64,000 nt of DNA from Eledone cirrhosa (GCA_964016885.1 OZ024756.1:18104001-18168000); one strand, 5' to 3'. Numbered from the stretch's first letter, positions 37,197 to 51,715 are shown. Numbers and translations: made by a program. The notes: generated from the sequence alone by a model not told the origin.

Positions 37197-37678
37197 GTTA
37201 GTAGATTATTTTTTATTTCTTTGATAGATCCAGTTTTTAGTTGAATTTATTGTTCACCAAATATAACATTAACCAGCTACCAAATATATATGTAACATCT
37301 GTATGTAGGTATCGATTGACCTGATCCCTGTCCAATCAAACCAAGAAAACAATGATTCCATTGGTCTTTCCATTGCTGATACTATCTGTCAGTCACAACT
37401 CCTGACAGAAAGAGCAATGTGAAATAAAGTGTCTTGCTCAAAGACAACACACCACCTGGTCTGGGAATCAAACTCACAACCTCACAATTATGAATCCAAT
37501 TCTCTCACCACTAAGCTACACACCTTCACTTATAAACAAACAATTTTTATCCAAATACTTACTGTCATTTTTTTTTTTTTTCTGTAGGCTGCTGAAGCTG
37601 TTATGATTAAACTGAGTTCATTTATCACTGTATGACTTGAGCTGTGTTCACTGCCATATTTACTGCATTTATCACTGT

Positions 37679-39562
37679 ATGAGCAATGCTACTTCCAAGG
37701 ATATGGCCGAGAGGATGTTAAGATCTACGGCAGATGGTGAAATAGCCACCCCATCAAATGGCTATACAACCGAGTGCAGCAATGATACTGAAATGGACCA
37801 AAAAGACGCACCAAGGAAATCACAGTCTTATAACAGATTGGGCAGTGAGTGTTACAGTAATTCACCACTGCCATACCAAAGTGCTCTTAGTGATAACAAA
37901 ACATCCAAAAACTCTAACAACCCTGATCAAGTGAATCAAACTAATTCTCTCAGTTCATCTAGCTTTAATTCCAAACTCAACTCACAACCACCTTACCATT
38001 TGGATTCACCACTAAGATCTTGTCAGAAACAAAGCGATTCCAGGTTTCTTCGTTGTGAACTCTGCAACAAACTCTTCTCAGAAGACGATGAAGACACACA
38101 CATTTCCAAAAAGAAAATTACCATTTGCCAAGATTGCAACCGAAAATATTCGGCCCTGGAAGATGGTGCTGACAAAAAACCTCTGCCTCCTTCTCCAAAA
38201 GAGGTTGCTAATACCTCCGTGCTCCCTACAACACACCCACCAAAATCAGTTTATGATAATTTTAACAACATACCCTCCAGAAACAGTAAAGAAATCCAAA
38301 ATGGTTCCCAAACAGCAGTGTTTGACACTAATACAAAAACAGAACAACTAATAAAAAACATAAAACAAGAACCTCTAAGTGAAAACGATGGTAATTTATC
38401 GACCAGTGTAAAACTACCGCTTAAACATAATTTTCAATCATCTTGTTCATTTATCTTGACCACTAATTTAAAGCCATGCATCAAACGCAATCAAGAAGTG
38501 AAAAATGAGAGGAAAGACTCTATTCCCAGTGAAAATAACCAAAATAAAAAAGCTAGACTTGGAGATCCACACCATATTAAACATCTACCTGCAGATCAAG
38601 AGCAACAGGTTGCTGTTGATGTAAGTAAAAATACTGCTATTGGTTCATCTACATTATCAAAAGTGCATAACAAAGAGGGCTGCTATGAAAATCATTTGAA
38701 AGTTGAGCCTCCAAATGTGTCTGATTGTGCAAAGGAAGTTATTAACAAACCAGTTGATATAAAACCAAAAAGCACAAGCGAAGACGATTTCAAATTTAAG
38801 CTTCCTTCTGTTTCTTCAAGTTATTCAACTGGGAAAAATGTTTCGAAAAATAAAAGTGATTCCACTTCTAATACTTACACATTTGAGGGGAGTATGATGT
38901 GGAACCCTGTGACAAATGTCCCTTCAACACAGGAGAAACAAAAATGTGACAAGAAAGAAAGAATCTCAGAAAATGACTCTCAATCAAAGAATGAAACGAA
39001 AGATGATGAAAGTACGTACAGTTGTGAAGGGAGTCTCTTTATCAAACCAGTCCTTCCAAATGAATTTGCTTTCGAAGGAACGTTATACATAAAACCTGAT
39101 TCACCTCATTTTCCTCACACTGTTGTTGACTCACCTCCGGCCACATCCACTGCTAGTCCAACTAATAAAATAGTCAACATTCAATCAGTGTTCACTAGTT
39201 CCGGTCAAGTTATCAACAGTGTAACATTTCCTGCAAAAGATCAAAGCAGTAAAGTAGTCGCCAACAGTCAAAGATTGCCTACCAGTGTATGTAGAACCTC
39301 CTCCTCTTCTTCATCCTGTGCCAGAACGACAACCACCAACAGCACCGTTGTTCCTCGAATGACAAGCAACATCCCCACATCAGTACGAAAGGAGGAGAAA
39401 GTCGTACACACACCCAATGAGAAGAAATGCCTGCCGGTTAGGAAACAGGCTCTGAATTCGGGAAGTGTAGGCGGACATACTGACTTCAGTGTTAAATCCA
39501 TTCTCAGTACCCCAGATCGGAGAGGAACAGCGGGGAATTCTGGGATGTCTCAGGAACAGTAA
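37679..39562 (+). CDS. ~627-aa S/T/K/N-rich putative nuclear regulator with C4 zinc-knuckle, SUMO sites and eh1 motif
   Basis: Long non-repetitive ORF in an exon starting at 37588 (T-tract then TAG acceptor). Motifs CELC-x20-CQDC, IKQE, LKVE, KKAR and FSVKSIL. It may continue via a weak donor at 39559. Confidence 0.85.
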   Translation: MSNATSKDMAERMLRSTADGEIATPSNGYTTECSNDTEMDQKDAPRKSQSYNRLGSECYSNSPLPYQSALSDNKTSKNSNNPDQVNQTNSLSSSSFNSKLNSQPPYHLDSPLRSCQKQSDSRFLRCELCNKLFSEDDEDTHISKKKITICQDCNRKYSALEDGADKKPLPPSPKEVANTSVLPTTHPPKSVYDNFNNIPSRNSKEIQNGSQTAVFDTNTKTEQLIKNIKQEPLSENDGNLSTSVKLPLKHNFQSSCSFILTTNLKPCIKRNQEVKNERKDSIPSENNQNKKARLGDPHHIKHLPADQEQQVAVDVSKNTAIGSSTLSKVHNKEGCYENHLKVEPPNVSDCAKEVINKPVDIKPKSTSEDDFKFKLPSVSSSYSTGKNVSKNKSDSTSNTYTFEGSMMWNPVTNVPSTQEKQKCDKKERISENDSQSKNETKDDESTYSCEGSLFIKPVLPNEFAFEGTLYIKPDSPHFPHTVVDSPPATSTASPTNKIVNIQSVFTSSGQVINSVTFPAKDQSSKVVANSQRLPTSVCRTSSSSSSCARTTTTNSTVVPRMTSNIPTSVRKEEKVVHTPNEKKCLPVRKQALNSGSVGGHTDFSVKSILSTPDRRGTAGNSGMSQEQ

Positions 39563-40359
39563 ACAAAAATTTGAGCAGTGCCTCATGTGGCCTACTCACT
39601 TCAAATGGTTCATCTGTATACTATGTTGTAGTTTAGGCAGGATATTTAAAATGGTATTTATATAGAGGGTCTTTCATAACTAATCCATCGTTTCACTGTT
39701 CATTATTCCAACTGTAAGCGTCTCATATCTTGCCTCAATTTTCTTTTCCTCTCCCTATTTACAAGTATATATTTTTCCCCCCCGTTTCCTCTCTAATGCC
39801 TTCCTTTTTCAACTTGAAGCTATAGTAATGTTATACAAATTGATATAATAATTCCAAACCTATCTGATTCATGTACTAATACCTATCTATGAGAAGCTGG
39901 TTCACAATTGACTGTTTACTCTCAATTTCATGTATACGTGTATGTATCTGTGTGTATATGTATATATATGTATGTGTGTATATGTATATATATATATATA
40001 TGTGTATATGTATGTGTTTATATATTGTGTATATGTATATATATATATATATGTGTATATGTATGTGTTTATATATGTGTATATATATTGTGTATGTCTA
40101 TATATATATATATGTATGCATAAATATGCATATATATATCTTTGGATATGCTTATTTGTAGCATTGTCTGCGCATATGGTTGTGTACACATATCAACATC
40201 ATCATCATTGTTTAACAGTGATGATGATGATGATGATATATATACATATATGTGTGTTTGTCTATATATATTTACATATATATGTGTGTGTATGTATGTA
40301 TAAATATGCATATGTATACCTTTGTAAATGCTTATTTGTAGCATTGTCTGTGCATATGA

Positions 40360-40423
<64 letters not shown>

Positions 40424-41300
40424 GTGTGTGTGTACTTTTGTGTAGATATATTACACTATACAAAAAATTTCACAATTAGTCCCTAGTTTGTCTGTCTATG
40501 TGTCTGTCCATTAGTCCATCTCTGTATCCGTACTGTGTTTGTCCCTATCTATTTGAAGAAAAGAAATGAAAAGCAAAGAGACATATTTTAATACTTAATT
40601 CTTATAAAAACTGCTCATATTTACATTAGTTTCAAAATGTGTTCAAAATTTTTTTCAGTTTTTCGGTTGTGATTGAGATGGATAAAAGGACATAACCTAG
40701 CACCTACTATATATATATATATATATATATTTATACACACACATATATATCTGTTTGTGTATATATACACACACACTCACACATATATTTGTATGTGTAT
40801 ATATATATATTCACACATATATGTGTGTGTGTGTGTGTGTGTTTGTGAGTATATATATGTATGTTTATGTCTATATATATATATATACACGCACATATAT
40901 GTATGTATATATATATATATATATGTATATACACATGCACACACATATATATATGTATGTATTTTGTTTTTGTTTTCTTACAAGAGGGAACTAGAAAGTT
41001 CCTTGGGTTCAGATTTCATGTTGTTGTAGTTGTTAAGGTGTATGGGGTGTGGCAGAAACTGTAGTGTCTATCTAAACTGACTACCTTGTGGTATTTAATT
41101 ACGTCCCTTCAGGGTGTCTCATGTTGAAATTCCGGTGTGGTAAATTTTGCCTTTCATCTCCTCTGGGGTGGAAAAAGAAAAACTAAGTACTGATGTTGTA
41201 CTGGGAGGGGGTTGACTCACTTACCTACATATATCTCTCTCTCTCTCACAAATTTGTGGCTTTTTGCCAACACAAGAAATCTATTATTATTATTATTATT

Positions 41301-42115
41301 AGGGCGGTGGATTGGCAGTATCGGTAGAAGGTCGGACGCCATGCTTTGCAGAGTTACGGCCCTTCATGGTCTGAGTTCAAATCCCGCCGAGGTTAACGTT
41401 GCTTTTCATCCTTACTGGGTCGATAAAATAAAGTACCAGTTACACACTGAGGTCGATTTAATCAACTTTCCCCTCCCCAAAACCTGCTGGCCTTGTGCCT
41501 ATAGTAGAAATCATTGTTATCGTTATGACTCATTCGTTTCTGAGTTCAAATCCCACCGAGATTAGCTTTGCCTTTCATCCTTAAGGGGTCAATAAAATAA
41601 AGCTCCAATAACACAATGGAGGCGACTTTCCCCTACCCCAAAATTGTTGACCTTGTGCCTTGGATTGGCAGAATCAGTAGAGCATCAGACAACTTGCTTT
41701 GCGACATATAGTTATATCCCTTTACATTCTGAGTTCAAATCTTGCTGAGGTTAGCTTTGCCTTTCATCCCTAAAATAAAACACCTGTAATGCACTGGGGT
41801 CAATTTAATCAGCTTCCCCTTTCCTTCAAATGTTGGCCTTCTGCCAAATTAGAAACAATTATTATTACAAAGGTAGTAGATTGGCAGAATTGGTAGAGCA
41901 TCGGATAAAATTCTGGTTCTTTACATGAGTTCAAATCTTTGCCTTTCATCCTTCCAGGGTCGATAAAATAAAGTACCAGTAACACACTGGGATCGATGTA
42001 ATCGAATTTCCTCTCCCACCAAATTGTTGACTTTGTACCCAAATGAGAAATTATTATTATTAGTATTACTACCGAGGTCGATAAAAAAAAAGTGCCAGTC
42101 CAATACTGGGGTCAA
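41301..42115 (+). mobile_element. Head-to-tail cluster of 4-5 SINE B copies
   Basis: Consensus repeated at ~41301, 41525, 41661, 41871 and 42070. Confidence 0.85.
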
Positions 42116-44557
42116 ATCTTTCTTTATCAAAATATACATGTCCTTATTTTCCATCCCATATAAATCCCAAGCTTGATGCCTCTCTAATAAATCTTTCTTA
42201 TTACTAATTGGAGACTGGAGCATACAATAATAATAATAATAATAATAAACCCCCTACTACTGCCATACACTGTAACCTTCGAACTTTTTTAAAAAACTAA
42301 AGTGGTTCCTATTCAATTTGAATTTAAACATTTTTTTTTTTTGTAATCATTTTAAGGTTTTCTCATTGATTTTTTTTTTTCACCTTCGCCCCAATGTTCT
42401 CCAGCTGATGTGTGAGAGAACTCACTGTGCACATGTATTACTACATGTCACATTATTACATGTGGTATCCCATCACAACTTGAATACAAATATTTCTAAA
42501 GATGTTCTAAATTTATACTTTGAATCTCTTACCTATTGCTAATATAGATTTTTATTATTTTTTTTTTTTTATTATTAAATCGCACTCCCCCGTTGGAACT
42601 CTAATCTCCAACAGCATTTAATTCTTTTGATACTAAACCCAGCCAAAACCGCCTCTGGTTCTATAAAACAAAACCACCCATTTTAAAAGGGTTCAAATTT
42701 AAATTAAAATCTTCCAACATAATTTTATATAAGAACCATATGTTAAGTTACTATCTAAGTAATGAAATGATTAATATCTTTAGTAACTCCTCTGAATTCT
42801 TCATTAATTAATTGAAATGCAGTGTATTTCAGTAGAAATACGGGTGCAAAAGGATTAAATGTTTCATCAAACCTTTGTGTGTGTGTAACAGGTGAGGCTG
42901 CTTATTTTTTTATCGAAGTTATTTCCCTTGTGATCTTATAGTGAACCTAGCAAGAGGTAATACATGTCCACTCTACCCGGCATTTAAAAGCACGTGCATG
43001 TGTATAGATATATGTAAGGGAAGGAGTTGTTAGAACATCAGATAGAATGCTTGCTCTGTGGTTATTCCTATATGTATATCAGAGACAACAATCTTTATTC
43101 ATTGTATATACACACACACACACATACATATATATTTATATATACACATAGTTGATAAATGAAACAAAACACATATTAGGTTCACGCTTAGAGGAAGTGT
43201 GTGTGTGTATATATATATAAGCATACATACATATATAGGAAGTGAGTTGACAGAGTCATTAAAACATCTGGAAGAATGCTTTGTGGTATTCATTCCGGCT
43301 TTTTGCACTCTCCAAGTTTAAATCCCACCGAGGTCAACTTTGCCTTTTGTCCTTTCGAGGTCTATAAAAAAAAGTACCAGTCCAATACTGGGGTCGAATC
43401 ATTTTCTATATCTCTTTTTCTTTTCCTTGCTCTCATACTCTCTCTCCTCTGGAAGAAATCATCTGTATTTAGACCTGAAGAGGGAATGGGTTTCACCAGG
43501 CTAAAGAAATGTCCAATACATAACAGGACTTATGGATCCATGTATATATATATATATATATATACATGCACAAGACAAAACGGTTGAGTGGTTCTCTATA
43601 AAAGTACTAGTTAATGGTTCCTAAATTCCCAATCTGCTGCAAACATTTCTTTGTCCTACTATATTTATATATATTTGTATATGTATACTTCAGTCTATAC
43701 AGCTGCTAGGGAGGGAAGTTCCTGGTGAAAGACTGGATATTTGTCTTGTTCACGTATAATGTCAGAAACTTGAGTGGAACCTTACAATTATATAAAGCAT
43801 TCGCATTCTTGAAAGGGACAATTTTGGATATATATATATATATATATATATATCAGGATGCTGAAACGGCAAGAGCTCAGCCGTCGAGCCATGATTCTTG
43901 TTAATATATATGTATAATATATATATATATATATGAGCAAGACATGGTCACCTGACCTGGCCTAGCCTATCCCAGAACAGAGCAACTCGTCTAACCCATG
44001 CTAACATGGAAAAATGGACGTTAAACTGTGATGATAATGATGATGAATGTATGTGTGTGTGCATGTGTGTACATATCTGCAGTTGTAGGCTATTTTCTTT
44101 GATTTTGAATAAGGGTAGTCTGCCAAAATCATTACACATACTACAAACCCCAAAGTATTTCTCGTACTGGTTTTATCAATTCTTTTGTGGCTGTAAATTG
44201 TAAATCTGTAGAGGGTATTTTTTCATTGTTATTCCTGGAGTGCTATGAACAAATTTATTTTATCTAGAAACATTTCTTTTCCTCCTCTCTCCCTAAACAA
44301 AGGTGAATATGAGAATTTTTCAGAAGGATAGAGCTGTGATAGCTGTGTGAATACCAATGCTGATTGCTGACTTCAGTTCTCTTATGTGCCACCTAGCAAG
44401 TACGCAAGCCACATTATTCTGCTTGCCACCAAAAGTATTTCTTTCTTGTGTGTCACTTCCACTGTCAATTTTTTCTCAATTTCATATTTTCTACACTGTT
44501 TATATAAACACTGTTATTTTAATATAAATATATTATATATATATATATATATATATA

Positions 44558-44631
44558 CAGGGTGTTCCAAAAAATGTATATGCACTTCAGCATTCTAATT
44601 GAAGTGTGTATATATTTTTGGGGACATCTTG
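44558..44631. mobile_element. Tiny Tc1/mariner-type MITE
   Basis: TA|CAGGGTGTTCCAAAAA ... TTTTTGGGGACATCTTG|TA. Confidence 0.7.
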
Positions 44632-44641
44632 TATGTGTATG

Positions 44642-44677
<36 letters not shown>

Positions 44678-45513
44678 TACATATGACATTTATTTTATAA
44701 AACTACACTCCATCTTTACCTGAAAATAATAATGATTTGTTTTATATCAAAATAATTTCTTTATTATAATAATATTGGACACAAGGGTTATTAGCTGTCA
44801 GTCGTGTCAGACAAAAGTTATGTCCCTTTGTATTCTCGGTTCAAATCTCTTATCAAGGTCATTTTTGCCTTTCACCTTTCTGGTGGAACAGATGCCAATA
44901 ATGTAAGGTACCTGTCATATACTGAGGTTGGTTATATATTGATATATAACTCTTTGTTCTTTCTCAAACCTATCCATTCAACCACCCACCCATACACCCA
45001 CGAAATGTGTGACCTTGTGCCTATGGACGAAATTTATATTCAAGCACATCTTGACTTTTAGCACCATGGTATACATGTTCCACCACCCATTGCTTCGAAC
45101 CAATTTAGCAAGCTTCAGAAATAGGTACCATGTTTATGTTTTTTCTTTCCATTTATTTTCAAAGGTGTATTATTGTCCATTGTCCGTATTTTTCAAAGAA
45201 CACACCTCACCCCAAACATTAATCTTCCACCCACTCGCCCACCCCTTCAATATTTGCTCTTACAAATTCATATAAACCACCAAGATACCTTCCATCCAAA
45301 GCTTGAGTGACATGAGAGTCAATGGAGAACTTTGTATAAAATACCCAACATGGGGTAAGCACTGTAATTTAGAGATGTACTGTGATGGATTTTTAATTAC
45401 CATATATAGTCGTATAAAAGTTGGCAATTTTAGCCTATGGTTTGTGGTTAAATATTTGGAGAGGGGGTTCACTATTATCTAGATATTACTTTACACTACA
45501 ATCCAAAATGAAA

Positions 45514-45772
45514 TGAAGGCATGTGGTATAATGTTGTGGGTTCGATTCCTGGGTTAGGTTGTGTATTGTGTTTTTGAGCAAAACATTTCATTTCATATTA
45601 TTCTAGTATACTCAGTTGAAAATGAGTACAAGCAGTACTTGGGGTTTTAACCTTGTGATGGACTGGCATCCCGTCCAGGGGGAGATGGAGTCTTGTTCTC
45701 TCAGTCGCTTTATGCCACAAAAGCCAGGATAAGCACCGACTTGATGAGCCTCCGGGCTTAAGACAGACTTTA
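45514..45772 (+). mobile_element. SINE family C (related copies at 27880-28150, 47700-47960 and 58570-58680)
   Basis: B-box gggttcgattcc, aatgagtac, gatggactggcatcccgtccagggg and ggataagcaccg..tgatgagcc. Confidence 0.75.
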
Positions 45773-45866
45773 ACCCTGTGATGGGGGGTTAGGCGTGTTT
45801 GACTTTTACATGAGTATATATATGGTAATCTTCCAAACAGTTATGGTTTACTTGGTCAATGTAAAG

Positions 45867-46071
45867 TTAATCCTTTAGCAGTTAAACTGGCCATAGCCAG
45901 CCAGAATTCTCTCACCTTTTTTTCTGTTCAAACTGGCTGTATCTGGCCACTCATACTGATGTTACAGTATTGTTCTCAAAATCTCATAGATTCAATATTA
46001 TGTGAGATAGTGAGATGAAGGCTTTACCACGAAAATACAACAGTAAATATAGAGTAATGCTAAAGGGCTAA
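45867..46071. mobile_element. Degenerate piggyBac-like MITE
   Basis: ttaatcctttagca ... tgctaaagggctaa. Confidence 0.8.
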
Positions 46072-46664
46072 AGATATTAGTTATGTATGTGAACATATAA
46101 AGTAATATTGTAGTAGCATGACAAGCAGAATTGGGGGAGGGGGGGTTATGAAAAGGTTGTTTTTATAATTCTTTTTTTTTTTTTTTTTTTTTTTTTTTGC
46201 TTTCACAACTTTGCTGCTGAGCTGTTAATATTAAATGTCAATTGCACTCACTTTAAGTTTTGTAATAATAGTAATAATAATAATCATGGTAACACAGGAT
46301 TACAGACCTGTCAACTCTCCCTCTCCAACGGGGAGCTGTGTCACCCACTTTGAGGTGGGTGAGAGATGTCTTCTCTTGTGGAAATGGGTATAGCTTTCAT
46401 TATGTAAAATCTCCCCATTTTGGGGCACTTTTTTTTTCATGGTACTCCCCGTTTGGGTTTTTAGAGGTTGGCATAGCAGGTCTGGGTTTACCAAAACCTC
46501 CTTGTATAGTAGTGTCTGTATATCTAGTGTACCCAAACAAGATTTATTATTGTTTTTTGAGATAATCATTATCAACCTCAAGCATGTGTTCAATGATTGA
46601 TATAGATTTTTTTTTTCCCAATCAAACAGAATCAAATATATACAGCCCGTCCTACAATAAATAG

Positions 46665-47700
<1,036 letters not shown>

Positions 47701-48035
47701 TCTGGATTAGTGGTTAGGGCGTTGGGCTTACAATCATAATGCCATCGGTTCAATTCCTGGTCCGGGCGATGTATCGTGTTCTTGAGCAAAACCCTTCATT
47801 TCACATTGCTGCAGTGGACTCAGCTGAAAATGAGTACCAGCTGTAGGTAGGGGTCAATGTATGTGCGTATATATATATATGTATGTCTTATACTCTCAGT
47901 TACTTAACGCCAAGGAAACCAGGATAATCACCACACTGATGAGCTTAGTACAGACTTTAACTGCTTTTTTTTTTTAATATACTTACATACACATACAAAC
48001 ACAAGTACACACATATATGTATATATATATATATG

Positions 48036-48647
48036 TTAGAAAATAGAATAGCTTTCACCGTATTTTTGACTAAAGGAAATTTAGCCTGATAATGGAGTTT
48101 AAAACCCTCAGATAAATGGAAAAAGATGAGTACGTCAATACTCATCTTTTTCCATTTATCTGAGGGTTCTAAACCCCATTATAATAATGAAATTATTGTG
48201 TACAGTGCTCAGGTGCACTACAACTCATCAAAGGTGCATGTATAGTACATAGAATAATATACAAATGTCAGGAAAATGAACAGTGCATGAGTCATGATAT
48301 AATAATAATAATAATAATAATGAAATATTGTGTACAGTGCCCAGGTGCACCACAACTCATCAAAAAGTGCATGTATAGTACATAGGGCAATGCACAAACA
48401 TCAGGAAAATGAACAGTGCACGAGTCATGATACACACATGTGTGCATGTGTATGGAAGGGGTACATCAGGTGTAGTTTTGGCGTATTTCGGGAAGCATGA
48501 GTGTCTTAAAGGATGCAGTGTCTCAGCAGCTAACAACTGATGCAGGCAGTTTGCTCCATGCTTCAGCAACTCTGAGCGTGAAAAAATGTCTTATCAGGTT
48601 AAAATTCCTTTAGTCAAAAATACGGTGAAAGCTATTATATTTTCTAA
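48036..48647. mobile_element. Foldback element whose right arm is split by a minus-strand CR1 3' fragment (~48183-48590)
   Basis: Left arm 48036-48132 pairs with 48139-48182 plus 48591-48647. The insert is the reverse complement of ~9208-9608. Confidence 0.85.
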
Positions 48648-49241
48648 TTTCAAACCTGCTCACTGTTTCAAAACATACTTACTTGATATATATATGTATA
48701 TGTATACATATATATATATGTATATATATGCAGTTATATATATGTATATGTATATATATGCAGTTATATATATATGCAGTTATATATATATATGTATATA
48801 TGCAGTTATATATGTATATGTATACATATATATGTGTGTATATATATATATGTATATACATATATATGTGTATATATATATATATATGTATATACATATA
48901 TATATGTATACATATATATGTGTATACATGTATATGGATGTATATATATATATATATATATACATACATACATACATGTTTGTGTATATGTATAATAATA
49001 CACCTGGATATATATATATATATATAGTTAAACCAAAGGCATGTCATGAACAGAAATTCGCTTTATTTCCAAATGTGTCTTCCTTCCACTGATATAAGGT
49101 TATTTATATTGTGACATCAACCATATCTACCACCACCATCACTACCGACATCTTCCTTCCTATATAATATCATGGTCCCAAATTTCCCGTCAGCCCTTTT
49201 CCTTTTTTATTCATCATACACCCATTATATATATATACATA

Positions 49242-49290
<49 letters not shown>

Positions 49291-49903
49291 GTATATATAT
49301 ATATCAATATCAATAATCAATAATCAATACAATCTGGTTCAATAGCAATTATTTGTATTTTGGAGGTTTATTGGCCTGATACCTTTGTTTTGTAAAAAAA
49401 AAAAATGAAAAAGATATTTGTACAGACATATATGATAGTTTTTTTTTTTGTTTTGTTTTTTTTTTTGATTTTTTTTTTTTTGTTTTTTTTTTTCGAATAG
49501 GCTATGTAGCCGGTAAACTCTAAAGGGACGCAACACACATCGCTATAGCGTTTCACCAGACCCTTCCTTCTGTTGCCTGTATCTGTTTATGTATTTATGT
49601 GTAGATGTGTGTGTATGTAACTAAAGTGTTACGAATGGACGACTAAATGATTTTAACTTGTTTTTTAACCATTGATGGTGGAAAAGATTTCAAATTGTCT
49701 TAACTCGGGCCACAACTGATGGTGTCTGACACTCTTACCGGCTACATCCAATTTTTTTTTCTTGTTTTGGGAGGGAGCAGAAAATTCAACTGGTGTTTCA
49801 ACATTGTCTGAATTTTGTGATGAGTTGTATAGTTTTTGTTCTTGTTGCTATAGTTTGGTTTTTGTTAAATCTTGTTAGTCAGTGCATGCATCACAGATTT
49901 GTG

Positions 49904-49904
<1 letters not shown>

Positions 49905-49934
<30 letters not shown>

Positions 49935-50250
49935 GTCTATTTATCTACCTCTCTGTCTACCTATCTTTCTGTCTGCCTGCCTATCTATCTCATCTATCTA
50001 CCTATCTATCTATTTGCTTATCTACCTACTTGCTTATTTCTCTACCTATCTGTATATCTATCTTATCTACCTACCTATCTATCTATCTACATGCTTATCT
50101 ATCTATCTATCTACCTATCTATTTATCTACATATTTACCTACTTATTTATCTTTCTATCTACATACATATCTATTTATCTATTTACTTACCTACTTATCT
50201 ATTTACCTGTCTACCTACATATCTATCTATTTATCTATCTATCTATTTAA
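49905..50250. repeat. (TATC)n-derived microsatellite
   Basis: Read directly from the sequence. Confidence 0.9.
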
Positions 50251-50314
50251 TTACTACTCTATTTTGGTCTTTAGTTGTAATACATAATGGCCTATATGAT
50301 TTTAGGTACTGGAT

Positions 50315-51140
50315 ACTGTATATAACCAGTGATTATACACTGAAAGTTTATATATACTATATAACTGCTGGTTATAGACTGAAGATTTATATATAGTATA
50401 AATCCAGTTGTTATATATACACCGAATGTTTATATATCTACTACATAAGCAGTGGTTATACAATGAAGGTTAATACTACTGTGTCTAAGCAGCAGTAATA
50501 TATATACTGTCTATAACCAGTCTGTTGTATATATACTGTGTATAACCAGCTGTTGTATATACACTTAAAGTTTATATACCGTGTATAACCAGTTTTAATA
50601 TATATACACTTAAGGTTTATATACTGTGTATAACAGTTATATATATGCTTACGGTTTATATATTGTGTATAACAGTTGTTATATATACACTTAAGCTTTA
50701 TATACAGTGTATAACCAGTTATATATACACTGTGTAACCAATTTTAATATAGACACTTAAGGTTTATATACTGCATATAACCAGCAGTAATATATATACT
50801 GTGTATAACCTACTGTTATATATACACTGTGTATAACCAGCAGTAATATATATACTGTGTATAACCCACTGTTATATATATATTCTGTATAACCAGCAGT
50901 AATATATATACTGTGTATAACCAGCTATTATATATACACTGTGTCTAACCAGCAGTAATATATACACTGTATAATTCACTGTTATATATACACTGTGTCT
51001 AACCAGCAGTAATATATACAGTGTGTCTAACCAGCTGTTATATATACACTGTGTCTAACCAGCTGTTATATATACACTGTGTCTAACCAGCAGTTATATA
51101 TATACTCTGTATAACCTACTGTTATATATACACTTAATAC
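50315..51140. repeat. Degenerate ~28-bp minisatellite (tatatacactgtgtataaccagcagtaa)
   Basis: Read directly from the sequence. Confidence 0.85.
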
Positions 51141-51542
51141 TATAGTACTAACTCATGTTCTGCCAGTCAACAACAAGAATTAACTTCTGATCAGCCAAAG
51201 GTTGTGTGTATTTTCATCCACTCAAAAGTCCAGAGACAGAAATAAGTAAAAAAAAAACACAAAAAAAAAACATTTAAAAAAAAAACAATTTCAAATAATA
51301 ATAATAATGATTAAAACTTTTGAAAGAAATATTAAAACAAACAAAAAAGTTAATACAAATCACAAAGACATATTGGTTCCGAAATAAATTTGAAAAAGAA
51401 AATAACTTTATTTTTTTTTTCCATCAGCCATTTGTGGCAGAATTTTGTCTGTAAAATAGTTTGGGTATATTTTGAAGAGAGAAGAAAAATTGTAAAAAAA
51501 CCAAAAAACCAACACAAAACAAAACAAAAAGTATATATATAA

Positions 51543-51605
<63 letters not shown>

Positions 51606-51669
51606 ATATTCTTATGGGGGGGTTGGGAATTAACAAAATTATATTGTCCATCATAATAAGAAAAAGAAC

Positions 51670-51715
<46 letters not shown>

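Noticed and set aside
37604-37615. Selenocysteine decoding of the two TGA codons
   Set aside because: No redox motif context and no SECIS recognised downstream. Kept only as a remote option.
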